A stretch of 56,840 nt of DNA from Octopus sinensis (lineage: Eukaryota): NCBI RefSeq assembly GCF_006345805.1, contig NW_021834946.1, positions 1-56,840 on the forward strand, given 5' to 3'. Below the pieces are notes generated by a model. It saw only the letters and a program-made list of their open reading frames with translations. It was not told where the DNA came from and did no database searches. Shown here in pieces: positions 38,849-53,396 of this stretch. Positions within the stretch are counted from its first letter, which is position 1. The number at the start of each line of letters is the position of its first letter. Position numbers and translations under genes: made by a program.

Positions 38849-39289
38849 TTTAATATAATATGACATAATACGATATAATCCATCTCCACAATTTACAGTT
38901 TATTGAATTATTTTAATTAGATTCAGGAAGATTTGGTTGTTATTTCTTGTAGGCTTAGCGAACTCTCATATTTCCGGACGTCTACCTGTGTGTGCGTGTT
39001 TTAGATAAATATGCAATACAACTGCTTGGATATATATAATATTGTATTCTACTCCAGGCACATAAAAAAAAAACGAAGCAGATGGATGGAAAACAACGTT
39101 GTACACGAGGGACACAGTCTGTCGTTGACACCAAATTGCTATCTTCGCCACCTCTGTCATAAAACAACAAGAAAATACGCAATAGTAAACAACCCCAAAT
39201 AAACAGAAACATCTAAACAATCTGGAAGAAGTACTACAACACGAAACGTTAAAGATATTTCTCCCAATCAGATGAATAGCAAAACCAAA

Positions 39290-39500
39290 GGTTTCAAATT
39301 TTGCCACAAGGGCAACAAATTTACGAGAGGGGATGAGTCGATTATATCAACCCTGTTGTTCAACTGATGCTTATTTTATCTGACCCGAGAAGATGATAGG
39401 CAAAGCCGACCTCGGTGGAATTTGAACTCAGAACGTAATAACGGACGAAATGCCGCTAAGCAGTTTGTCCGGTGTGCTAACTATTCTGCCAGTTCGCAAC
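39290..39500 (-). mobile_element. SINE family B, tail 2
   Basis: ggcaaagccgacctcggtggaatttgaactcagaacgt..ctgccagttcgc. Confidence 0.78.
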
Positions 39501-39509
39501 CTACATATG

Positions 39510-39940
39510 ACGGAGTGGCTGTTTGAGAGCAGGAATGGCTGTGTGGTAAGTAGCTTGCTTACCAACCACATGGTTCCGTGTTCTGTCCCACTGCGTGACA
39601 CCTTGGGCAAGAGTCTTCTACTATAGCCTTGGGCCGACCAAAGCCTTCTGAGTAGATTTCGTAGACGGAAAATGAATGAAGCCCGTCATATATATGTATA
39701 TATGTATATGTGTGTATATGTTTGTGTGTCTGTGTTTGCCCCAACCCCCACCCCCCAACATCGCTTGACAACTGACGGTGGTGTGTTTACGTCCCTATAA
39801 CTTAGCGGTTCGGCAAAAAAGACCGACAGAATAAGTACTAGGCTTACAAAGAATAAGTCCTAGGGTCGATTTGCTCGACTAAAAGGCGGTGCTCCAGGAT
39901 GTCCGCAGTCAAGTGATTGAAGTAACAGAAAAGAAAGAAG
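39510..39940 (+). mobile_element. SINE family A, near full length
   Basis: Colinear with 28208-28610. Confidence 0.88.
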
Positions 39941-40240
39941 AAACATATTAACACGTCTGTATATATGTGTGCTTGCGTGTGTGTGTTTGTGTTTGTGCGT
40001 GTGTATAACATATGTTTATTAATCAACATGTGTGTGTTTGTGTGTTAAGAAATAAAATATTTACAGAATACACAGAATAGTCGCATGTGCATATATGTAT
40101 ATGCATTATATATATATATTATATATATTATATATATATTATATAATATATATATATATAACAATCAACCATTGAGGGTAAAATTAATTAATTAATCAAT
40201 TTCACCAAGTGTTCAGTATGTAAAAGGACCATTTAAGGCG

Positions 40241-40496
40241 AATTCAAAATATTACATTATATAATTAGGGCTTAGTAAAATAAATTACTTTGCTACATAC
40301 TGAACTTAGTAGAAATAGCAGCCCCAAAAAGTTTTCTTAGCATTTCTACTACTTAAAGAAAATTATGAGAGAAATTTTGTTTAAGTAGTAGAAATGGTAA
40401 GAAAAAATTTTTTTTGGCTGCTATTTCTACTAAGTTCAGTATGTGGAAAAGTAATTTTTTACTAAGCCCTAATTATATAATGTAATATTTTGAATT
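40241..40496. repeat. Long inverted repeat (arms ~124 bp, ~8-nt spacer) between (TA)n arrays
   Basis: aattcaaaatattacattatataattagggcttagtaaaa.. pairs with ..tttactaagccctaattatataatgtaatattttgaatt. Confidence 0.93.
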
Positions 40497-40503
40497 ATAT
40501 ATA

Positions 40504-40546
<43 letters not shown>

Positions 40547-40934
40547 TATATATATATTATTTTGTGTGTGTGTTGTGCGCGCGCGTGGAGTATAGGCAGA
40601 ATCTGAGACACACTGAAAAATATATATATATATATATGTCTAAGCAACAGTTAAGATATATCGTGACTTTAACAAGTATACCGAGAACCGAACCTGTTGT
40701 GATTAACATTCAGACATTCTGAGATCTAATTTACTATCATTTCAGTGTCAAGATCTATTAGTTTAAACAACAGAATTTCTATGTCACTCATCCTCCACTC
40801 ATTACACGAAGATTGCTAGTATTCCTACCAGCATTCTCATTATAACGAACATTTTAGCGACACTTATTCGTTGTCATTTGCGTATTAGATTCAACGCGAT
40901 TTCACCATTGACGTTGTTTATCATTACCGTTATT

Positions 40935-40969
<35 letters not shown>

Positions 40970-41025
40970 ACCATCACCATTATCATCATTACTATTGTCA
41001 TTATTATTGTCATCATTATTTTTAC

Positions 41026-41076
<51 letters not shown>

Positions 41077-41158
41077 CATCATTATTATTATTATTATTAT
41101 TATTGTCTCAACTCCGTTAAGCGTAATAATAATAATATCAATAGTAAATGTATTAATG

Positions 41159-41242
<84 letters not shown>

Positions 41243-41310
41243 TCAATAACGAAGTTGATCATTATCATCCACCTCATCACTGCTGATGTCATCATTGATA
41301 ATGTTGTTGC

Positions 41311-41357
<47 letters not shown>

Positions 41358-41411
41358 GTAGTAGTAGTAGTAGTAGTAGTAGTTGTAGTATTAGTATTAT
41401 TATCGTTATTA

Positions 41412-41456
<45 letters not shown>

Positions 41457-41458
41457 TT
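40935..41458. repeat. (TCA)n/(TTA)n - (TAA)n - (TTA)n alternating-orientation microsatellites
   Basis: Direct reading; explains the poly-Ile ORFs. Confidence 0.92.
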
Positions 41459-42206
41459 TTAAAATTTTAAATTACACCCTTAAAAGGTAGTTATCTCAAC
41501 GGAGATGATTCAGCAGAGACATAGAGCATTTCAGCTTATTTAAATGGAATAGGATGGGAAGGAGCGATCGAGACAGAGACAGAGAGAGGGCGCTGGTGCG
41601 AGAAAGCGTAATGCTTAAAACAAAAAAAAAACAAAACAAAAAAAAAAAGAAAGCAAAAAAAAAATACAAGACAAACACACAATAACTAAATAAATAAATA
41701 AATAATGTATGATTTCTGAAAGAAAAATTTCTGAAAAGAAAATTATTGTTATTGATAATGGCGTTGATTAGTGCTAACAAAGAATTCTTGGAGAATGGAA
41801 AATATGGAATACGTAAAAAAAAAGCCCCCACCGTATTGACACAAAATTGTATAAAATGACAGGTGAGTGTGCGGGCGTTTGTGTGTCTATGCATCAATAA
41901 GTGTACCTGTATCGTCTGTGGTGTGTAAGCATTTGTGTGTCAGGCAATTGTGTGTAATGCCTCGTTACATAACTAACGATATGTTGGCAAATGTGTATGC
42001 TATATATTATATACATATATACATACACACATACACACACACACACACACCACACACATATATATATATATATAATAAATGTGTGTGTGTATATGTAAAT
42101 TAATATATATATATATATATATTATAAAATATATACAAGTATATCTGCAAATGAGCATGTGATTCTATGTACACATTTTAAATATATAAATAAATATATG
42201 TATATA

Positions 42207-42244
<38 letters not shown>

Positions 42245-42576
42245 TATTAATATATATATATATATATAGATATATGTATATATATATATGTAGATATATA
42301 TATATATTGATATATGCGTGGGTCTAAATTTAGTGTGGGTACACAATTATAAATGCGTACATACATACACGCACGCACACATATATATATACATATATAT
42401 ACATATACATATATATATGCATATACACTTATATGTATATACCCGTAAACTTAACTGTATAATATATATATTTACATGCATACAAATATATGTATATATA
42501 TATGAATATATGCATATATGTATATATGTATATATATATATACATATATATACATATACATACATAAATACATACA

Positions 42577-42617
<41 letters not shown>

Positions 42618-43072
42618 GTATAAACGTATTCACAGACATATATCTAATCAACGCACATGTGTGTAAGACAGAATTACATGCATTTATATGCTTGCATGTG
42701 CTTAAATATATACCTATCTCTATGTGTTTCTGTGTTTTGCTATGTGAAGAAGTGATTTCTTTTGCGTCTGCATCACAACTAGCGTGCTTCTCGTTATAAG
42801 TGTGGGTTTGTGAATGTTTGAGCATTATTTGAAACAATAGGTGACATGTTTGATTCTTTTATATAAACAATATTAAGCAGTGATCGTCTGTAAACAATAG
42901 ATAGAAGCTCAGCGGAACAATTGGTACATACGTCACACTGGGGAGTCTACTGTTATTTTACTTATCTTCATTTCCAATTGTTAGATTTAAAACTTGTGTA
43001 TACAAATTTTAGTATATATTTATATATATATACAAATTTTAGTATATATATATATATATATATATTATATAT

Positions 43073-43106
<34 letters not shown>

Positions 43107-43168
43107 TATACATACATAATATATATATATAATATATATATAATAACATATATATATATATATATTAT

Positions 43169-43200
<32 letters not shown>

Positions 43201-43349
43201 CATACATATATATATATATATATATAACTACATACATTTATATATATATATATACATATATATATACAACATCTATATATATATACATACTATTATACTA
43301 CATACACATATATTACATATATACATACATACACACCACACACACACAC

Positions 43350-43394
<45 letters not shown>

Positions 43395-43396
<2 letters not shown>

Positions 43397-43535
43397 GACG
43401 GGCTTCTTTTAGTTTCCGTCTACCAAATCTTACACACAAGGCTTTGGTCGGCCAGAGGCTAGAGTAGAAGACACCTTGCCCACTGTGCCACGCGGTGAGA
43501 CTGAAACTACTTACCACACAGCCACTCCTACGCCG
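43395..43535 (-). mobile_element. SINE family A 5' half
   Basis: cgacgggcttc..agtttccgtctacc..cttaccacacagccactcctacgcc. Confidence 0.85.
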
Positions 43536-43990
43536 ATACAAACACACACACACATATGGAATGGCGGGGTAGGTTGTGCACATGAGCCTGTATCTCTGTG
43601 TGTCTAAGTCTGTGTGTGTGTGTTTATTCTAGAAGGAATGCATACTATTAATAGTATTGAATTACTCGGAGTTGGAATCTCAGTTGTTAATTAGCCATTT
43701 ATTTAGAATATCTTGTTTGCTCATTAACGTTTCTACGACTGTATTGAAGAAAGAAAATAGCATAGCTTAAATTAATAAGTATTATAAATACAAGTATCTG
43801 ATATCATATGTTGTACTGTGACGAAGAAAATTTTACCATCACCCAAAATCTTTCTGGATAAAATCAAGTTAATTCCTTTTGTATCAGCTCAACCATTTGA
43901 GTAAATGAAAATAAAGGGCTGAAGGGATTTACATAAAATAAAATAAAATGGTGACAATTATATAGAAAGAAAGCAGTTTATAAGGATGGA

Positions 43991-44327
43991 TGGAAGCACT
44001 CCGTCGGTTACGACGACGAGGATTCCGGTTGATCCGAATCAACGGAACAGCCTGCTCGTGAAATTAACGTGTAAGTGGCTGAGCACTCCACAGGCATGTG
44101 TACCCATAACGTAGTTCTTGGGGATATTCAGCGTGACACAGAGAGTGACAAGGCCGGCCCTTTGAAATACAGGTACTTCAGAAACAGGAAGTAAGAGAAA
44201 GTTGTGGTGAAAGAGTACAGCAGGGATCACCACCATCCCCTGCCGGGATGGAGCTTTAGATGTTTTCGCTCAATAAACACTCACAACGCCCGGTATGGGA
44301 ATCGAAACCGCGGGCCATTGCGCCTCC
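43991..44327 (-). mobile_element. SINE family C with tail type Z
   Basis: Reverse complement of 51998-52378, with a deletion in the head. Confidence 0.9.
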
Positions 44328-46087
44328 GGTTTATAAGGAGGAAATATTGAACATATCAGTGAGAATTAAGTGTTATCTGTCGGCTGATTGACTATTTCCC
44401 TTCGTGCCAAGGAAGAAAATTGTTTTGTCACATGTTACTTGTTGCTATTTAGAAGATTATTTATTTTTTCTAGATGTACTTGATTACATTCTGTTAGTTT
44501 TATTTTTCCTTTAATCATAGAGCACTTAACATTCGCATATTACTTTTTCAAATTCGTAAGGTCGTTTCAGTTCGAGGCTCTTTGGTCTGATGTTAAGCTG
44601 GGATGCTTTCAGTTAATATGATTAATGCATTCATACATTCATTAGCACATGCAAGCACACATATGTTCTAGCTCCTATGTTAATAAGCAGATGTTGAAAG
44701 AGATACAGAAGAAAGAAATCATGAATAGGTAGAGGGCATTAGAGTCTTTATTTTAGTTCGGTAATCGTTAACAAATTTAAACCTCAGCTATGCGATAATC
44801 AATCGCTTGTAAAAATATCTACATTTCGAAGATAATGTCCTCTATGTAAGGTTTCTTCAGCAGTGCATTAATCTGATCTTTGATTTCAGTTTCTTTTTAA
44901 TATCTCAATCTTTAAATGTTCTTTTATAAATGGAAGCTTTCCTTTTAATTACCTGCATATAAATAGAAGTCTGATGTGTGCAAGGTTTTAAAGATAAGTA
45001 TTAAAGAAAAAAAAAATTACAGCAGTGTTGCAATATCACAGTTTGTATTTCCCTTATTTATATGCCTCGACAGTTACATAATCTTACATATTTGTTGTTC
45101 TTAGAAGCGTTTTCTTTTAGTCACCAGCATTAAAAATAGGACTATTTCCAGCAGTAAAAATATGGTATCTTGTATTTTATTTCTTTAATTATTCTAATGT
45201 CTCGAACTTTCGGTGGTAATCCATATCTGCTGAACTTTGGCCGACCCGACCAAAAACATTTTTCTTATATCACAAACATGTATGATCAGTATGTAACGTT
45301 TTATAATACATCATTTTCTGATTTGGTGGGAGGTACATCTGCTTCGCATATTATAGCATTTGCATTTCAACATGCATTCTTTGGAAACGTACAGGAGTTG
45401 TGATATAGAATATAACGTATTCCCTGTAGTTAGTGCAAGCATTATTCAAATGATGTGCCATTTAAACGCTTCATTATTTTGATGTTTTATTGGCTAGTGA
45501 ACTTCATTTCAGATTAGAAAAGTTTCGGCGAAATTAAGACTTCTTAACATTCAGGGAATGTTCACACTCGAACGTGTGAAAATGTCGGCGTATAATCTCA
45601 GATTTGGTTATGTTATCATTGAATCCATTGATCTGCAAAGCGTTATTGTAATGAAGGAAGGTCTTATTTCTTGTAATATATAATTTTGACACGGATTTCA
45701 GTACCTGCCCTTCATAAAGCAGTACTGTGCGAATACAAAATTGGGTTGCTTTCTTCAGTAGGTCGATATGCAATCACCAGCCGGTCTCCTCTGTTCGTCG
45801 TGTTGTAGATTGTTGATAATCGTAACATTACAAAGCACAAAAAACGAATTCTCAAACTTCGTGAGATTGCAAATATTTTCTGACAATATTTAAAAAATAA
45901 TTCTTGTTGTTTTGCTTCCAGTCTTTCTTAAGAACTAAAATTTACAGAATTGCAAAGAGAAAATCAGATTCGTGACATTGGATTCTTTCTGATTGAATTC
46001 CATATTTAAAATTTCTTTCCTCTCTCGTATTGAACTCCTGAAGAATTTACTTATTTGTGAACAAATCGGATATGTCTTTTCTGAAGG

Positions 46088-46490
46088 TTGAGGGCGGCGA
46101 GGTGGTAGCATTGATACTGTTTCGGCGAAAATGCTAAGTGGTGTTATCCGAGTTCTTTAAGTTCAAATACTGTAAATTTCAACTTTGCCTTCCATATTTC
46201 GGGGTCGCTAAAATAAAACATCAGTCACATACTTCATCGACGCAATCACCTGACCCTTTGCATTAAAAGTTTCTGATCTGGGAGCAAACTTTGAAACAAT
46301 ATTTCTAAAAGTCTTAAGGCGGCTAATTCGCAGAACCGTTAGCTGTCCTTACGCGATGAGTACAGATTCCGCTGTGGTCGACTTTAACATTCATCGTTGC
46401 GGGGTTGATAGAATAAGTACCAGTTGAACATTGGGTGCCATGGAACCAACTTAACCCCTCCTCTATGTAAATGGTCTTGTGCCAAATTTT
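46088..46490 (+). mobile_element. Two degenerate tandem SINE family B copies
   Basis: gggcggcgagg..gttcaaatactg..ttgccttccat..ggggtcg; a second aggcggc..gtggtcgactttaacattcatc..ataagtaccagtt. Confidence 0.6.
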
Positions 46491-47616
46491 GAGACTAATA
46501 TTTCCAAAAGACGATATGACTCACCACAACCGACTTTGTTAAAATAAGTAGGCGTTTCAATATGTTTATGAAGGCATTTATCTGAATTCGTGCTTGACTT
46601 CGGTCTAGAAAATTAATTTTGTTATTGCTATAGCGATTACAAGTTTGATCCTGAAACTTAAAAAAGTGTAGACATACACTTCTCATTGTGTGGTATATGG
46701 CGCACTTCTATCTAATGCATGCAGACAAATAAACAATTTCTTCCCATCGACACAACTTGCTTACATATGATAAATAGAGAGTACCAACATATAAAATCAT
46801 TAATTATTCTGGAAGACGACACTGAATATTCACACAGCAATGAGGGTGGAAGACAGCGAACTTCTGAATTCCAAACAAACTATAAAGACGTCATATAATT
46901 ATATAAGAGCTATAATAAATCTCTGAACGAGGTATAAACAGTAACTGCACGACAATGTGAGGTACATTTGCCATCTCAATATGGCTAACCACTAAGGGTG
47001 GGTGTTACTGTAGCTTGTAGCCCCAGGAGAACATCTCCTCCAGCTGGCTTTAGAAACACTTTCTGTGCCCTAAGGTATTTGCAAAGGGAGGTTATCCTCC
47101 CGTCGTCAATCTAAGTGATACGCACGGACTGCAGTTTCTAGATATTGACCTGTCATCAGCGTACGACAATCACCGGTTTTCAATGCAATGTATGTGTGTG
47201 TGTATCTGTGCGTCTGCGCATGTATATAATTGTGTGCATGTATAGTACATAATCTTTCTCTTTTCTATCTCAATGCATATATATATATTTATAGACATAC
47301 ACGCTCACACCCCCACACAAATACACACACATATATTTACGTATATATATGCATATATATATATATATAAATATATCTGTGTATGTATGTATATATATAA
47401 TATATAAATATATATACTATATATATAAAATATATATATATACACACATATATATATATACATATATATACATATATACATATATATATATACATATATA
47501 TGCATATATACATATATACATATATATACATATATATATATACATAAATACATAAATACATATATACATAAATGCATATATACATATATACATAAATACA
47601 TATATATATATATTAT

Positions 47617-47648
<32 letters not shown>

Positions 47649-47911
47649 ATATATATATACGAACTTCATAATGACCTAGCTCAATGGCATTCACTCATTC
47701 ATTCATCTGTGACTTTTTGAAGAAGGAATCAACAATGTGTGCTTCGGAAAATTTACAAATATACGGAAATCTGCATTCTCAGAACTGACAGCAAATCACA
47801 TTGCTTTCATTGAAATCGCTCTGGGAGTGTTTTCACTTGTTTATTTGCTTATTTCCCCATACAATCAGATGTCTCTCACTGTCTCTCACTGTCTCTCCGT
47901 CTCTCCATCTT

Positions 47912-48310
<399 letters not shown>

Positions 48311-49227
48311 CCATCTACGTATGTACATATAAGCACTTACCATTACTATATTCCATTATACATATACACACACAGAGACGCATACATATATACATACACA
48401 CATACACATATATACATACACATATACACATATAAATACAAATATATATATATACATATATATATATATATGTGTGTGTGTGTGCGTGTGTATTTATATC
48501 ACACGTATAATCAGATATTGAAGTAAATGAGTAAATATAAGTGAAAAAGTAGTACGGCGTCTTTGTAGAAATTATCTAAGGAGGCTGCAGATACAAGAAA
48601 GGAACATTTCTATATTGGCTGAATTAAATTGCCATCTCTATCTGCGATATCGATGCTGCTGCTGCTGATGGTGATGATGATGATGATGATGGTGGTGATA
48701 ATGATGATGATTGAGAAGTCGACTACTAGCTACTACGGCAACGACAGAGGTAAAGAGCGTGTTGTCGATGGTAACGGTGTTGGTGATGGTGATGATGGTG
48801 ATGATGACGAGGATGATGTGGAAAATACCGATGGTGATGGTGATGATGATGGTGGACGGCATATGTCGTAGCAGCAAGTAACATGTGATCTCGAAATAAA
48901 TCTGCATCACTTGTAATTTGTCGATTTCAAGTTGTTTGAATCGGGATTCGTTAGAATGATGCGAACCGAATCAAAGGATTGCCATATCCAATTGAACCTA
49001 CCCAATAGAAGAAATTCACACACAATCACACACATGTGCACACACACACGTACACACACACACATCTGCACACACACACACACCAATATATACACACAAT
49101 ACACACTAATATTATGTACACATACATGCAGTGTTATTTACATGTAAGGACATCCACGAAGATACACATATGTACACAGACACACACACACTCACACACA
49201 TATACAAACACACACATATACATACAC

Positions 49228-49259
<32 letters not shown>

Positions 49260-49345
49260 GTGTGTGTGTGTATGTAGTCTTTATGATGTTAATAAACAGG
49301 TCCGGTTTCACACACCATTCTGATTAATTTCGCGTACATTATGTA

Positions 49346-49428
49346 CCACCACCACTACCACCTCCACCAACACCACCACTACCACCTCCACCAACACCAC
49401 CACTACCACCTCCACCAACACCACCACC
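49346..49428. repeat. 24-bp minisatellite (CACCACCACTACCACCTCCACCAA) x ~3.5
   Basis: Direct reading. Confidence 0.85.
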
Positions 49429-49601
49429 ATGATGACGACGACGACGATCACCACCACCACATTTACTTATATGGTTGCATATTTTCCTTATCAAATTATT
49501 TCAATCCGTACATCTCTCACTCTCTCACTCTCACTACGCATCCACATCCACATATATGCATCAATGAGTGTGTAATTATATATTTAAGCGCGTGTGTGTG
49601 T

Positions 49602-49632
<31 letters not shown>

Positions 49633-49870
49633 AATATACATTTATATAAATATACAAATACGTACACACTCGCGCAGACACACACACATACATACATGTA
49701 TATCCAATTCGCGCCAGTATCCGTCGGACCATCTTCATTATCCATGTATGATCTTTCCTTTCTTCGCGTTCCCCAGTATCTATTTCTCTATAACTACTTT
49801 CTCACTCTTTTCGTATGCTGCATGCATGCATGTTTGCATGTATATATATATGTATGTGTCTGTCTGTCTT

Positions 49871-49909
<39 letters not shown>

Positions 49910-49913
49910 TCTG

Positions 49914-49994
<81 letters not shown>

Positions 49995-50734
49995 TCATTT
50001 ACTTCTGTATCAGTCCATGTAACATTAGACACGTATAGACTCGGTACATATTAATTCATCTTAATCGAAAATACTTAAATGATTACAAAGGAAATTTTCA
50101 GATATATATATGTATGTGTGTGTATATATATATATGTGTGGCTTTTGTGTGGAGTGTTTATTCGCGTACACACGCGCGCGCATATATATATATACATATA
50201 TATATATATATGTGACATATCTATCCACTTTTCAGTCTTTTGTGCTTTACTATCTATTCGTGTCGTTGACTATAAATGCATGCATGTTTGTACGTATTGA
50301 GATAGGTATGTATGCTTTTTGAGGTCAGTTCAAGTAATCAAAGAATTCAAATAACCGGATAAAAACGACTATAAGGAGGTGCATAGGGAACGTATTAGCT
50401 TGTCGATCGGTAAAACGAGAGAGTGTAACATTTCGAGCCGTAGCTCTTCGTTCCAAAGAAGAAAACGATATCGTCAACAGCACACGTGTAGTTATATTGC
50501 TGTACCTCTCCTCCTCATTCGAAATGATACTGATGTCGACATCCACAGGCGAAAGAAATATTCTCGATATCCTCTACCACATTACATGATCCTCATTAGG
50601 TTCATGGAACTTTGCAAATATTTACATCGACCTCGGTGCGGTTGGGAGTCAAAAAATACTTGATCTAAACTATACATCACATTTTGAGTAGCGGGCTCGT
50701 CGACAACTCTCGTTCTCACTGTTTGCGTCTACAA

Positions 50735-51155
50735 TATTTAAAATTTTGGCTCAAGATTAAAGGTTTCTTGAGTGGGGATAAGTCGATTACATCTACCCCC
50801 GCATTGAAATGATGCTCATTTTTTGACTTTCAAAGTATGAAAGACAATGTCTACCTCAGTGGAAACTGAACTCACCAAGAAATAACCGACGAAATGCCGC
50901 TGAGCATTTTACGGGACGCGCTAACGATTCTGCCAGCTCGTCGCCTTTCTACTAGAAGCACAAGGCCTCAAATTTGGGGGAAGCGATTAAGTCGATTACA
51001 TTGACCCTAGTGCCTGACTGATCCTTATTTAAACGACCCCGAACGGATGAAAGGCAAAGTCGACTCCGGCGGAATTTGAACTCAGAACATAGCGACGAAC
51101 GCAATACCGCTAAGCATTCCGTCCGGAGTGCTAACGACTCTGCCAGCTCACCACC
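50735..51155 (-). mobile_element. Two tandem SINE family B copies (tail 2)
   Basis: Two ctaacga.tctgccagctc heads at ~50940 and ~51150. Confidence 0.78.
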
Positions 51156-51779
51156 TTGCTTGCATCTGTAATAATGGCTTATTATATAGTCACAGAACCA
51201 ACAGATTTTAAGAAATGTGGTTAATCGATATCATTTACCTTAATCCTTCACTGGTACTCGATTTCGTCGAGTCTGAGACGATGATATATACAGTCAGCTC
51301 GGGCAGGATTTGATCTTATATTTGCCACAAGGAATTCTACATAAAATAATGAAAGTAAGTAGACAATGAACGGAGAAATATTCTCGAAATTCCATCCTTA
51401 AACCGGAGAAAACGGGCTCCATTGTTCTGATTCAGAAGACGGATTTAGCACCGCAGATTAAGGACCAAAAATAACTGCAGATCGTGATATAGAATGTATA
51501 CGATCTTCTTAACAGTATTATGCTAAATATTAAGTTTCTTGGAATGTCAGAAAATTTCCGTTTGAGGATCACAATTGAAATATATCAAAAGAGAACAACC
51601 AATACAGAAGAATTCATCATGAACAGCGAATTCAGTTGAAGAGACAATATATATAAGTTTACAGTAAAGGTTGGTCAACATGCATATGAAGAACAGAAAA
51701 AAATGCCTTTCACTAAAGGATCATAAATATAGCATCTGAGCCGAACACAGAATAGAGACGAAAAACAACACCAACAGCA

Positions 51780-52378
51780 GTGGAGGCGCATGGCCCAGAG
51801 GTTAGGGTAGTGGACTCGCGGTCGTAAGAACGTGGTTTCGATTCCCAGACCGTGTGTGTGTGTGTGTTTTGTGTAAAAACACCTAAGCTCCACGAGGCTC
51901 CGGCATGCAGAGTGTTGGTGGAGGTGAACCCCGCTGTACTCTTTCACCACAACTTTCTCTCTTTATGTTTTGTCATCTTGATCTATATAATAATGTTGTG
52001 GAGGCGCAATGGCCCAGTGGTTAGGGCAGCGGACTCGTGGTCGTAGGATCGCGGTTTCGATTCTCAGACCGGGCGTTGTGAGTGTTTATTGAGCGAAAAC
52101 ACCTAAAGCTCCACGAGGCTCCGGCAGGGGATGGTGGTGATCCCTGCTGTACTCTTTCACCACAACTTTCTCTCACTCTTACTTCCTCTTTCTGTTGTAC
52201 ATGTATTTCAAAGGGCCGGCCTTGAAACTTTCTGTGTCACGCTGAATATCCCCGAGAACTACGTTAAGGGTACACGTTCCTGTGGAGTGCTCAGCCACTT
52301 ACTCGTTAATTTCACGAGCAGGCTGTTCCGTTGATTCGGATCAACCGGAACCCTCGTCGTCGTAACCGACGGAGTGAG
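51780..52378 (+). mobile_element. SINE family C: truncated copy (51780-51965) followed by a full copy with tail Z (51998-52378)
   Basis: tRNA-like head gtggaggcgcaatggcccagtggttagggcagcggactcg.ggtcgtaggatcgcggtttcgattc; tail ends ..gtcgtcgtaaccgacggagtg. Confidence 0.92.
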
Positions 52379-52780
52379 TGTTTCCATATAATAATGTTGA
52401 ATTTTGAAAATTAAGTTTTTTAGTGGATTAATTCAGAAATCTGAATCCTTTTAGTGCATATTCTTGTAGCAAATGTAAAATACATCATTATATTAGTAAT
52501 TTAATATTAATGACATATTACAAATAAGATTTCTTAATTATACGAAATAATTTTATGTATAAATACATTTATTTAATTCATTAATCAATTGCAGTTAATT
52601 ATAATAATATTAATGATAATACTAAATAAACAGTTTTATTTAACTTACTAACCGAATTTAATAACTACTATAATAATCATGATACCATTGTTTAGTTTAT
52701 AACTTGTATTCTTAGTACGACAATATTTTGTTACTTTAAGGCGAAGCACCAGCATGGCTGCGGTTTCGCAACTGAAATAA

Positions 52781-52905
52781 GGCGGCGAGGCTGGCAGAAA
52801 CGTTAGCACGTCGGGCGAAATGTGTTGCCGTATTTCGTCTGCCGTAAAGTTCTGAGTTCAAATTCCGCCGAGGTCGACTTTGCCTTTCATCCTTTCGGGG
52901 TCGAT
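52781..52905 (+). mobile_element. SINE family B head plus core, 3' truncated
   Basis: ggcggcgaggctggcagaaacgttagcacg..gtcgactttgcctttcatcctttcggggtcgat. Confidence 0.88.
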
Positions 52906-53021
52906 GTATTAGTATAACGCTCAGGAATAGAAAAAAGTCTTTATGTTTCAAGCCTACGCTCCTCTACACAAGGGACACAGAAAAAAAACAAGGAGAGAAA
53001 AAATGTGTGTAGTGGCTATGC

Positions 53022-53085
<64 letters not shown>

Positions 53086-53138
53086 GTATATATAATATGA
53101 TATATATGTTATATATATATATGTATATATATATATGT

Positions 53139-53206
<68 letters not shown>

Positions 53207-53281
53207 GATATAAGGGTGTGTAACAAACGGAAGAAGGTCATTCAACACATTTATTAGGAGTACATGTTATAAGCGAAATAC

Positions 53282-53396
53282 TTTGATTCAGATATCTCGG
53301 TACTCTTGTTTCAAGCGTGTGGGGTCTGAATCTGACCCCAGTATTCCAAGACTTGGTACACGCTTGAAACTCAGAGTACCAGAAGAGTGAATCAAA
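53282..53396. repeat. Fold-back element with HHR 3'-half motifs on both arms
   Basis: Arms 53282-53320 and 53358-53396; each strand reads acacgctt-GAAAC-(tcaga/aaga)-GTA-cc. Confidence 0.75.

Noticed and set aside
45512-45775. Open frames on both strands (IRKVSAKLRLLN...; HIDLLKKATQFC...)
   Set aside because: No recognisable family, weak or absent donor, and an in-frame stop upstream; cannot be supported as an exon.
51998-52075. tRNA gene
   Set aside because: The tRNA-like head continues into a SINE body present in several copies; no clean cloverleaf or terminator.
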